From an uncultured Acidimicrobiaceae bacterium (GTDB lineage Bacteria; Actinomycetota; Acidimicrobiia; Acidimicrobiales; Bog-793), in NCBI GenBank assembly GCA_963836935.1, contig CAWILM010000033.1, forward strand, positions 13,374 to 77,373: a stretch of DNA of 64,000 nt. Direction: 5' to 3'. Under the pieces are notes generated by a model that made no database searches, was not told the origin of the DNA, and worked only from the letters and a program-made list of their open reading frames with translations. The position numbers were made by a program, and so were the translations under genes. Numbering within the stretch: position 1 is the stretch's first letter; the number at the start of each line of letters is the position of its first letter. Positions 1 through 8,620 of this stretch are shown here, piece after piece.

Positions 1-1785
1 CTGCGCATACGGGTAGTAGCTGCTCGTTGTGTAGGCGTCGACGATCCAGACGAGCTGGCCGTTGTCGATCACCGGATACGGGTTGTCGTCGACAACCAGG
101 AAAGGAGCCACCTTGGCGACGCGGACACGCACGTCCTGGAGGAACATCAGCCGGGAATGCTGCGTGACCAGGTTCGAGATGAGCAGGTTGAGGTCGTGGA
201 ACCTCAGGGCGAAGGCCGCTTTCGTCCAGAACGAGCCGATGGGCACGCCGCCCTTGCCCGAGTAGTGGCTGGAGACCGTGTTGCCGTTGGTGTCCGAGTA
301 GTCGACCTCGCTCTGGGCGGTCTCGGCAACGACGTAGCCGGATTCGCCCAGGCCGAAGTAGACCGCCGGCCGGCTGATCTTCGGCGCGCCATGGTTTGAG
401 ACGGGCGGCACGCCCGCGATGTCGAACACAGGGTTCCCACCGCTTTGCTGGTTGGCCGGCGAGAGCACGGCGCCGTAGCCGTGGGTGTACTGCAGGTGGA
501 TGTTGACCCAGGACGGCGTTGGCAGGTCTGCCGCATTGACCTGGCGCACGCCGATCACGAAGGGGGTAAGCGTCCCGTTGGTCCGGTAACGGTCCAAGGA
601 AAGCCCGGCGATGGTGAAACCGGTCCCGTTCTGCTGGAGCTTCTGGTAGGTCTGAGACGTGATCGACGGCTCCCACAGGGGAAGATTGTCCAACGTCGCC
701 GCCGCGCCCGCGACGACGCCGCCCGTCAGGTTCGAGACGCCCGCGAAGGCGCGTTCGCGGATGGCTGAGAGCCCGAGTGCCTCCCGCGTCGCCTGTATGT
801 TGCGGCTGATGTAGGGGATTTCGAGCTTGCTCTGCGCAGGGGTGACCTTGAGGGCCTGCACAGCCGCCGGCACGATCAGGCCGGCTGCAAGGGCGACGAG
901 TATCCACAGTCCGGCCCCGATGGCGGGAAGCGCCAGGCTGCGTTGGTAGACGTTGAACACCATCAGCACGAAGACCGCGAGAGCCACCACAGCGAGCAGC
1001 TCGATCGCCGGCAGGCGCACGTGCACATCGGTGTAGCCGGCCCCGTTCACGTAGGCGTCCTTCGCCAGGACGAGGTTGAAGCGGTCGACGTAGAAGTAGC
1101 CCGCGGCCCGTACCAGTGCCATCACCCCGAGGATCACCGACATGTGAGCGGTGACGCGCGGGTCCACCCGCGGGGAGGGGCCCTGGAACCGCAGGCCACC
1201 GTTGAGGTAGTGGGCGACACCGGTGAGGATCAGGATCACGAGCAGAGCCACGAGCGTCCAGTCGACAAGAAACGACAGGAAGGGCAGCTTGAACACGTAG
1301 AAACTGACGGACTTGTGGAACTGCGGGTCCGTCACACCGAAGGCCTTGCCGCTGCGGAAAAGCAGCCAGTGCTGCCACTGGTCGCTCGTCGAGGCACCCA
1401 CGATGAGGGCGAAGATCAACGAGACGACCGTGCGCAACGCGAACGTGTGCCTGCCGACGATCTGTTGGTAGCGGCGGACGATCTCGAGCTCGGGCGAGAC
1501 GAGCAGAGCGCGCGGGGCGATGCGGTCGACCACCCAGAGGCTCGCCCAACAAGCGATGAAGAAGGCGCCTATGAACACCGCGGCGATCTCGATCTTGGTC
1601 TCGATCAAGAGGCGCCAGACCGCCGTGAAGCGGACCGAGCGGTACCAGAGGTAGTTCGTGTAGAAGTTGGCGAGTCCCTGGATGACGATCAGCGCGACGA
1701 TGACGAAGACCACGGCGCCAACCACCCAGGCTTGGTACCGCCGGCCCGGGCGCATCCGGGCCGATAAGTCCGTCGGCACTCGCAT
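1..1785 (-). CDS. UPF0182 family integral membrane protein (3' end runs off the window)
   Basis: My own translation of the minus strand: MRVPTDLSARMRPGRRYQAW...NFYTNYLWYRSVRF...KVAPFLVVDDNPYPVIDNGQLVWIVDAYTTSSYYPYAQ, which has typical UPF0182 motifs. It is missing from the ORF track because the stop lies outside the window. Confidence 0.92.
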   Translation of the reverse strand, partial: MRVPTDLSARMRPGRRYQAWVVGAVVFVIVALIVIQGLANFYTNYLWYRSVRFTAVWRLLIETKIEIAAVFIGAFFIACWASLWVVDRIAPRALLVSPELEIVRRYQQIVGRHTFALRTVVSLIFALIVGASTSDQWQHWLLFRSGKAFGVTDPQFHKSVSFYVFKLPFLSFLVDWTLVALLVILILTGVAHYLNGGLRFQGPSPRVDPRVTAHMSVILGVMALVRAAGYFYVDRFNLVLAKDAYVNGAGYTDVHVRLPAIELLAVVALAVFVLMVFNVYQRSLALPAIGAGLWILVALAAGLIVPAAVQALKVTPAQSKLEIPYISRNIQATREALGLSAIRERAFAGVSNLTGGVVAGAAATLDNLPLWEPSITSQTYQKLQQNGTGFTIAGLSLDRYRTNGTLTPFVIGVRQVNAADLPTPSWVNIHLQYTHGYGAVLSPANQQSGGNPVFDIAGVPPVSNHGAPKISRPAVYFGLGESGYVVAETAQSEVDYSDTNGNTVSSHYSGKGGVPIGSFWTKAAFALRFHDLNLLISNLVTQHSRLMFLQDVRVRVAKVAPFLVVDDNPYPVIDNGQLVWIVDAYTTSSYYPYAQ

Positions 1786-1795
1786 CCGCTGGAGC

Positions 1796-3790
1796 CTACG
1801 ACCGAACAGGTACGAGGAGGCAGCGGCAGCCTGGGTGCACCGGTGGGTGCGCGTGCCCGGTCGGGAAGGCGGCGCCCGGTGGCTGCGGGCGGGCGAGGGA
1901 GTTGTCGTCGCAGTCGGGGCACGAACCGCCGGCGTCGTCGTCCTCGACCGCCCAACGAAGCAACGGCACATCCCCGATGCCGAGCGAGGTCAGCACCGCA
2001 AGCTCGCCTGTGGCAAAGGCCCGGGTGGTGAAGTCTCCGGCAAGGCCTTCGACCCGGGATCCCTTCCATTCCCGGTACCCGACGCCTGCCGCGTCCGCCG
2101 AGCCCTCCAGGCTTCCGTCTAGCTCGGACAGCGACTCCTCGATCCTCTTGCGCAGTAGGGTGGAGAGGTCATCGGCGAGCTCGGCCGCGATAAGTGCCCC
2201 GGCTTCGAAGGCAACCGCCGCGCTCGGGGCCGGAGCCGACACACAGGGCCCCGCCACGGCGTCACCGGTCACGAGGAAGGCGGCGCCCGCCTGGTAAGCC
2301 TTGCTGAGTTGGTCACTGGCCGCGGCGACGAATCTCTCGCGCTGGACCGCTGCCGGGATCAGCTCGTCGAGCACGGGCTTGCGCGAGCTTTGGCGCAGGG
2401 CATCGAGGAGGTCGTTCTGGTCGTCCTGGAGGGCGCGCTTGAGCGACCGGCCGAGCTTGGCGGTGATGGATCCGAGAAGGTGGTCACGCCGCGCCAGGGA
2501 CTCGACATCCGGCTCTGTGATGGCGTCGGCCCCGCGTTTCGGCAAGGCCACGTCGGTGACCTCTTGCGCCGCGACGACCGCCGGGGTCTTGGCAAACTCG
2601 GGGGTCTGCTCCGGCGGAGCCGGGGACGGCTCGGCCACCGGGGCGAGCTCACCTGATGGCGGCGAGCTCTCCCCTCCCAGCTCTTCGTCTCCACGAGCCT
2701 CGGGCGGTACCTCGGAGGGATCGACGGCCGCTTCGGTCTGGGCCTCGACAGGCTCGGCAGCGGCCGCAAAGGCAGCCGCCTCCTCCGCGGCCCGGCTGGC
2801 GCGGATGCGGGCGAAGAGCTCGTCGACACTTTGGCGGCTCGCGCCCGACCCGTCACCTTGCCCGGCCCGCCCTGCACCAGTCGGTCCTCCCGCTTCGGCT
2901 TGGCCGGCAGCCGAGGCGGCGCCGGCCGCGCCTTGGGCCTCGCCGTCCCGGCCGAACTCGTTGGCGCCGCCTCCGCGCGTGGCCGCGGCGAGCTCCTCCT
3001 CGAGCTCGGCGAGGTCACCGTGACCCAGCTCGGCTTCGACACGTTCGCCCGCTTGCTCGGCAGCGACGCGCGCTTCGTCCTCGGCGAAAGCCAGGCGCTC
3101 GCGCAGTGCGACAGCTGCGGCCGCGACCGTGTCCACGACGCCGAGCAGCGAGTCCTTCCCGGTGCGAAGCTCCTCGAGCTGCACACGCAGAGCCCGCCGC
3201 CGGGTCACGAGATCGGCGAGCGCGCGGTTGCGCAGAGCACGCGCCTCTGCCACCATGCGCCGGCACTCTTCCTTTGTCGCATCGAAAAGCTCGACGGCCT
3301 CGGCGTGCGCCACCTCTGTCATCGAGTCGGCCTCGGCCTGGGCGCGGCTCAAGTGCTCGCCAGCGTCACGCTGTGCCGCGCCGCGGATCTCCTGTGCCTC
3401 CGCCTCCGCAGCCGCTTGCTTGTCGGCGAGGACCTGCCCGGCTTCGGCGATCAGCTCGGCCGCCCGCTCCTCGGCCTTGGCCACGACCTTGCCGGCCGCG
3501 TCGTGTGCAGTCCACAGGATCTTGGCCGTCTCGATGCCAATTGCCCGCGTGAGCGTCGCCTCGTCCAGGACGGGCTCCTCTACTCGGCGTTCCGCTTCGG
3601 CGACGCGTTCGCGAAGGATTGCCTCGCGCTCGAGCACGCCGCGGAGCTCGGCCGCCACCTTGGCGAGGAACAGTCGGACGGTCTCGCCGTCAACACCCCG
3701 GCGCGCGGAGGGAAAGGACTTGCGTGCGATCTCGTCGGGGCTCAGCGGCGTAGCCGAGGAGATCGAGGTGACATGCGGATCCTGCGACAT
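1796..3790 (-). CDS. DivIVA-domain coiled-coil protein with C-terminal phage MuF/minor-head-like Cys/His domain
   Basis: N-terminal LSPDEIARKSFPSARRGVDGETVRLFL (DivIVA motif), a long Ala/Glu coiled coil, and C-terminal RW...CPDCDDN...FPTGHAHPPVHPGCRC. Start ATG 3790 lies 7 nt after TAGGCT. Confidence 0.85.
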   Translation of the reverse strand: MSQDPHVTSISSATPLSPDEIARKSFPSARRGVDGETVRLFLAKVAAELRGVLEREAILRERVAEAERRVEEPVLDEATLTRAIGIETAKILWTAHDAAGKVVAKAEERAAELIAEAGQVLADKQAAAEAEAQEIRGAAQRDAGEHLSRAQAEADSMTEVAHAEAVELFDATKEECRRMVAEARALRNRALADLVTRRRALRVQLEELRTGKDSLLGVVDTVAAAAVALRERLAFAEDEARVAAEQAGERVEAELGHGDLAELEEELAAATRGGGANEFGRDGEAQGAAGAASAAGQAEAGGPTGAGRAGQGDGSGASRQSVDELFARIRASRAAEEAAAFAAAAEPVEAQTEAAVDPSEVPPEARGDEELGGESSPPSGELAPVAEPSPAPPEQTPEFAKTPAVVAAQEVTDVALPKRGADAITEPDVESLARRDHLLGSITAKLGRSLKRALQDDQNDLLDALRQSSRKPVLDELIPAAVQRERFVAAASDQLSKAYQAGAAFLVTGDAVAGPCVSAPAPSAAVAFEAGALIAAELADDLSTLLRKRIEESLSELDGSLEGSADAAGVGYREWKGSRVEGLAGDFTTRAFATGELAVLTSLGIGDVPLLRWAVEDDDAGGSCPDCDDNSLARPQPPGAAFPTGHAHPPVHPGCRCLLVPVRS

Positions 3791-3813
3791 TGCCAATAGC
3801 CTACGACGCTGGT

Positions 3814-5097
3814 TCACGGAGTGGTGGCCCGTGCGACACGGCCCCCGAGCGACTCCAGAATGTGAACCGCCTCGCCGATCGTGCTCACGGCGTACACCTT
3901 GAGGTGCAGACCGGCGTGTGCCTTGGCGACGGCGTACTCCTGCGAGGGCACAAGGAACACGCTCGCTCCCGCGCCGCGAACCGCGATCGTCTTCTGGGCG
4001 ACCCCACCGACGTCCCCGACGGTCCCGTCAATCGAAATCGTTCCGGTCGCGGCCACCTTCGCTCCACCGGTCAGATTGGCCGGGTCGAGCTCCTGGATGA
4101 GGCCGAGCGTGAAGGCCAAACCGGCCGAAGGCCCGACAATCCCTTCGGAGGACAGGTCCACCTTTACCGGCAAAGGCCCTATCTTGAAGGCGGTTCCGTT
4201 GACCGCAATACCTCCGGAGCCCTGTGGGTAGATACCCATGCAGGAGACGGCATGGGGTTTGCCGCCTTTCTCCGTCACAAGCTCGGCGATCTTGAGCCTG
4301 GTCTCCTCGCCCACGGGCAGGCAGGTGAGCGTCGCCGAGGCACCTGTCCCTTCGACGCGGAACACGCCGAGGCGCAAGGTCACAGTCCGCGGCTTGCCGG
4401 CCGGGTAGGCGCTCACCTGCAGGCGCACTGCCGTGCCCGGAGTAATCGTCGCGAGCCTGTTCTGGAGATTGAGGTAGCTGGAAACCTTGAAACCGTTGAT
4501 CTTGCTGATGACCTGGCCCACCTGCAAAGCCGAGGCGGCGGGTGAGCCGGGCAGGATCCCGTAGATGAGCGCCCCGAGCGCCACGACGGGGACCTTGTAA
4601 CCGAGCTGCTCGAGGGCGACAACCTGGGCGGCCTGCTGCGCGGTCGCCATGTCGATCTCGCCCTCGGTCTGGTACTGGGCCGTGGACTCGCTCCCGAGGA
4701 TCGAGGCGCTTGGATAGATGGTGGCGTTTGGGTCAAGCCAGAAGAACGGGTAGTAGAGCGCCCGCATGGGCGTGAGCTCCACGTAGACGAGGAGCACCGA
4801 GCCGCGGTGGGAGTGCCGGTCGGCTGCGGGCACCTTTATGAGGCTGCTCACCGCGGGCGCCGAGCCGGGTGTGAGGGCGTAGTACGGCAGCTGGATGAAC
4901 CACGCGACGACCGCCGCCACGAGGATGACGGCGAGGATCGCCAACAAGGTGTGGCCGGCGCTCCAGGAGAACTGGTCCCCTCCGCGACGCGCCTTGCTCC
5001 TTGCACCGGTCCCCTCGCCGTAGACCTCCATCGTGTCATCGGGAGCGACAGCCGGCCGTTCGGCCTCTACGCTCGATCCATCGTGGGGTGCATTCAT
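3814..5097 (-). CDS. Membrane-anchored PDZ/Lon-like (S16, YlbL/SdrC-type) protease
   Basis: TM helix, LPYYALTPG, PDZ region, and Ser-Lys dyad motifs GPSAGLAFTL and ATGTI...GDVGGVAQK. Start is approximate within ORF 3814..5916. Confidence 0.9.
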   Translation of the reverse strand: MNAPHDGSSVEAERPAVAPDDTMEVYGEGTGARSKARRGGDQFSWSAGHTLLAILAVILVAAVVAWFIQLPYYALTPGSAPAVSSLIKVPAADRHSHRGSVLLVYVELTPMRALYYPFFWLDPNATIYPSASILGSESTAQYQTEGEIDMATAQQAAQVVALEQLGYKVPVVALGALIYGILPGSPAASALQVGQVISKINGFKVSSYLNLQNRLATITPGTAVRLQVSAYPAGKPRTVTLRLGVFRVEGTGASATLTCLPVGEETRLKIAELVTEKGGKPHAVSCMGIYPQGSGGIAVNGTAFKIGPLPVKVDLSSEGIVGPSAGLAFTLGLIQELDPANLTGGAKVAATGTISIDGTVGDVGGVAQKTIAVRGAGASVFLVPSQEYAVAKAHAGLHLKVYAVSTIGEAVHILESLGGRVARATTP

Positions 5098-5141
5098 CGA
5101 GCCGTAGCCTGCCATGGCGCCATCGTGCGCGGGCGGCGCCG

Positions 5142-5766
5142 ATGACGGGACCCGGCGACCAGGCTTCGATAGATGCGGCGCGCCGGCGGGGAGATGCCGC
5201 TCTGGCCGGGCACTTGCGAGACGAGCCGGCAGCCAGGTTTCTACTCGGCGATGCCGATCCCGAAGTGCGCGCGACCGCGCTCGGGGCACTCGTGCGAATG
5301 GGCCGCGCGACGCCGGACGACTCTGCCCGGGTGCTCTCGGACCCCGATGGGAAGGCGCGCCGGCGCTGCCTGTGAGCTGGGCGCCGCCCTCCCGGGTGCG
5401 AACTTCGCAAGACTGCTGGCGGACCCGGACGCGGCGGTGGTCGAATCCGCCTGCTTCGCCGTCGGCGAGGTCGGCGACGTGGAGGCCGTCCCGGCCCTCG
5501 TCGAGATCGCTACGACCCACACCGATCCGCTGTGCCGGGAGTCGGCCGTGGCGGCCCTCGGGGCCATCGGCGACATACGAGGCCTCCCCGCCATCCTGGC
5601 CGCTCTGGAGGACAAGACGCAGATCCGCCGTCGCGCGGTGATCGCGCTCGCCGCGCTCGACAGTCCTGAGGCCGCGGCCGCGCTGCGCCGATGCCTCGGG
5701 GACAGGGACTGGCAGGTTCGTCAAGCTGCCGAGGACTTGCTCGACATCACCACCGGCGGCGACTGA
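5142..5766 (+). CDS. HEAT-repeat protein (frameshift near 5365)
   Basis: Repeats LGDADPEVRATALGAL, DPLCRESAVAALGAIGD and LGDRDWQVRQAA are spread over two frames (ORFs 5001..5375 and 5173..5766). Confidence 0.8.
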
Positions 5767-6749
5767 CCGATTCGGCGCTGTGGCCCAACGTGGCCATGCA
5801 CAAGGCGGCTCCGGCGACGGCACAACGCTCGGGATTCTCGACGAGGTGGACCGGGATGCCGGTCGCGGACGCGAGCCGCTTGCCGAAGCCTGCAAGGAGC
5901 GCACCACCCCCGGCAAGGTAAAGGCCGCGATTCAAAAGGTCGTTCGCAAGATCGGGCGGTGCCGAGGCGATGCACGAGACGGCCGCCTGCACGATCCGGT
6001 CCACGCGGTGGCGCGATCGCGTCTGCTACCTCGGTGCGGGTGATGACCACCGCGCGCACGATGCCGCTGGAGACGTCACGGCCCCGGACCTCGACCTTGT
6101 CGTCCTCCTCCACCCAGGCACTCCCGATGGCGCGCTTGACCGCCTCGGCGGTCTCGAGGTCGATCACGAGCTCGAAGTCGCGCACGCAAAAGCGCTGAAT
6201 GGCCTCGTCGAAGTCTCCCCCGCCAACGGGAACCGAAGCCTGGGTCACGAGACCCCCGAGGGCGAGCACTCCGATCTCGGTCGTACCGGCGCCGACGTCC
6301 ACGACCATTGAGGCGACGGGTTCTTCAATCCTGAGACCGGAGCCGAGGGCCACGGCGACTTGCTGTTCCACAAAGCGGACGTTGCCCGCCCCCGCCTCCT
6401 TGAAGGCACGATCGAGGGCGCGCCGCTGCACACCTGTCGCCGCACCGGACGCGCAGCACAGCACCGTCGGCTGGCTGGCCGACCATGTCCTCACCACGCG
6501 CAGCAGCTCCCTCGCGACTGCCCAGGTGAGATCGAGATCGGCCAGCTGGCCATGGCAGACGGGCCGGATGAACGCCACGTCACCCGCGCAGCGGCCCCGC
6601 AGGCTCAGGGCGCGGTTGCCGAAGGCAACGAGACGATTGCGCCCGAGATCCACGGCTGCGAACGTCGGCTCGTCCACAACGACGCCGCGGCCGCGGACGG
6701 CCACGAGGGTCCGCGCCGTACCGAAGTCGACCGCGAGATCGGCGCCCAC
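5747..6749 (-). CDS. mreB: MreB/Mbl-family actin-like protein, solitary (frameshift near 6005)
   Basis: DFGTART, VVDEP, IRPVCHG, MVVDVGAGTTEI and VPVGGGDFDEAI, then in the second frame PPDLANDLLNRGLYLAGGGALL and ENPERCAVAG. Confidence 0.85.
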
Positions 6750-7231
6750 TACCGGCCGACCTCGGGTGGCTCCTCGATCGGCCGGGCCGCCGGGCTCCAG
6801 TCGGTCCCGCCCTCCCAGGTCTCCCGCTTCCAGATCGGAGTCGTCGCCTTCAAGGTGTCGATTATGTACCGGCAAGCTTCGAAGGCCTCGGCCCGGTGCG
6901 GTGTCGAGACGACCACGACGACGGACGCCTCACCGAGCTCGAGACGACCGACCCTGTGCCATATGGCTGCCCGCCCGATCTCGGGCCAGCGCGCCCGTGC
7001 AGCCGCCACGATCGCCTCGAACCTGGGCAGCACCTGGTCCGCATAGGCCTCGTAGTCGATCGCCCGCACGCCGGTGCGACCTTCGGCGTGATCGCGCACC
7101 GTGCCGACAAAGCACGCCACGGCCCCGGACGACGGCCTCTTGGCCCAGTGAAGGGCGCGCTCGGCCGGGAGGGGCTCGGTGGTGAGCTCGAGCCAGTTGT
7201 CGCCTGTCGCCGCCACGAGCACGTGGGTCAT
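6749..7231 (-). CDS. moaE: Molybdopterin synthase catalytic subunit MoaE
   Basis: GAVACFVGTVRDH, IDYEAY, HRVGRL, STPHRAEAF, LKATTPIWKRE. Confidence 0.95.
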   Translation of the reverse strand: MTHVLVAATGDNWLELTTEPLPAERALHWAKRPSSGAVACFVGTVRDHAEGRTGVRAIDYEAYADQVLPRFEAIVAAARARWPEIGRAAIWHRVGRLELGEASVVVVVSTPHRAEAFEACRYIIDTLKATTPIWKRETWEGGTDWSPAARPIEEPPEVGR

Positions 7232-7315
7232 GGTATGCGACCCGCTGCAGCCGGGCAGCCTCGCGCGAGGTGCCCGACGCCCTATCGGGACCCACCTTCA
7301 GTATCCTCGGTGACC

Positions 7316-8554
7316 GTGGTCGAACCCGGAGACGACTTCGACAACGTAGCCGATGAAGGCCCGTGCGGTCCCCTTCTGCCACCTGACGACCGCCTCTGGC
7401 GACACCCCTCCGAGCTCGGAGAGCACTATCTCCCCATCACCGCGGAGGCGCTCTCGGCGCGTCGCAGCTGGATGGCCTCCACTCCCTCCCGGGCCGGGGC
7501 CTGGTCGGCCGGCATCGTCGGCGCCCTGCTGGCGACAGGTGTTGTGCTCGTCGGCGGCCACCTCACCCACCTGCTCTCGTCGCCCGCGCCGGGCCCTTCC
7601 ACTTCGGCGGTGAGCCACAGCTACAGGAACGCCCAGGTGAGCACGACGATCCTGCCCAGCGTGGGCGTGAGCGTCTCCACGACGACCACGGCCCTGGTGG
7701 GTGTCGAGCCCGGGCTCTACAGGCTGGCGTCACGGGTCGCCACGGCCATGCCTGTCGTCCTCGACGGCGACGTGAGCGGCGTCGGTGTGGTTGTGAGCCC
7801 GAAGGGGTTCGTGCTCGTGCCCGCCTCGCTCGTCAGCGAGACCGACGACATCTCCGTGGTCATCGACGGCCAGCAGCTCGTCGCGACGCTGGTCGGGGTC
7901 GACGCCGGCACCGGGCTTGCCGTCGTGCGCGTGCACGACCCCGACACCCTCACCGCGGCGCGTTTCGTCTCGGGTGCTCAGATGGCATACGGCTCGTTCG
8001 TCGCCGTCGTGTGGGTCGACGCCCACGGGCCCCACACGTGCTGGGGCGCCGTCAACGAGGCCGACGTCCAGCTGGGCTCGGCCGGCGACAGCCCGCCCCT
8101 TCTCGACTCTTTGGTGGCGCTGGACCCGCTCGCCGGGGTCGAGACCGGTGGCGTCGTCCTCGACGGGGCCGGACGCCTCATCGGGATGATCACGAGCGTC
8201 GACAGCCAGACCATGGTGGCGACGCCTGGTTGGCTGGCCGCCATCGTCTCGCAGGACCTCATCACATCCGGGCGGGTCGTGCACGGCTGGCTCGGGATCA
8301 CGGGCCAGACGGCGTCGGTGTCACCCTTCGCTACGGCCGTAGAGGTGATGTCCGTTGCCGCGGGCGGCGCGGCCGCCAAAGCCGGGGTGAGACCAGGCGA
8401 CCTCATAGAGGCCGTGAACTCCGAGCCCGTGAGGACGATGTCGGACATCGTGGCGGCGCTGTACTCCCTCCCACCCCATCAGGCGGTCGTGCTCGACGTG
8501 GTCCGGCGCGGTCACGTCTGGGACGCGCACGCTCGGCTCACAGCAGCCGCCTGA
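7316..8554 (+). CDS. HtrA/S1C-like protein with PDZ domain, catalytic triad degenerate
   Basis: PPDDRLWRHPSE N-terminus, TM helix, trypsin-like fold motifs (GVGVVV, TLVGVD..TGLAVV, GGVVLD..GRLIG) and PDZ (GWLGI...AGVRPGDLI). His, Asp and Ser are not conserved. Confidence 0.8.
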   Translation: MVEPGDDFDNVADEGPCGPLLPPDDRLWRHPSELGEHYLPITAEALSARRSWMASTPSRAGAWSAGIVGALLATGVVLVGGHLTHLLSSPAPGPSTSAVSHSYRNAQVSTTILPSVGVSVSTTTTALVGVEPGLYRLASRVATAMPVVLDGDVSGVGVVVSPKGFVLVPASLVSETDDISVVIDGQQLVATLVGVDAGTGLAVVRVHDPDTLTAARFVSGAQMAYGSFVAVVWVDAHGPHTCWGAVNEADVQLGSAGDSPPLLDSLVALDPLAGVETGGVVLDGAGRLIGMITSVDSQTMVATPGWLAAIVSQDLITSGRVVHGWLGITGQTASVSPFATAVEVMSVAAGGAAAKAGVRPGDLIEAVNSEPVRTMSDIVAALYSLPPHQAVVLDVVRRGHVWDAHARLTAAA

Positions 8555-8620
8555 AGTCCTCCCTGTCCACCCCGGAGGTCCGGACCCTGCCTTGGCGGTC
8601 CGAGCCCTAGCATCGGGCAC

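Noticed and set aside
1796-2490. Prophage remnant implied by the MuF-like domain
   Set aside because: No portal, terminase, capsid, integrase or att-like repeats are visible, and the flanks are ordinary chromosomal genes.
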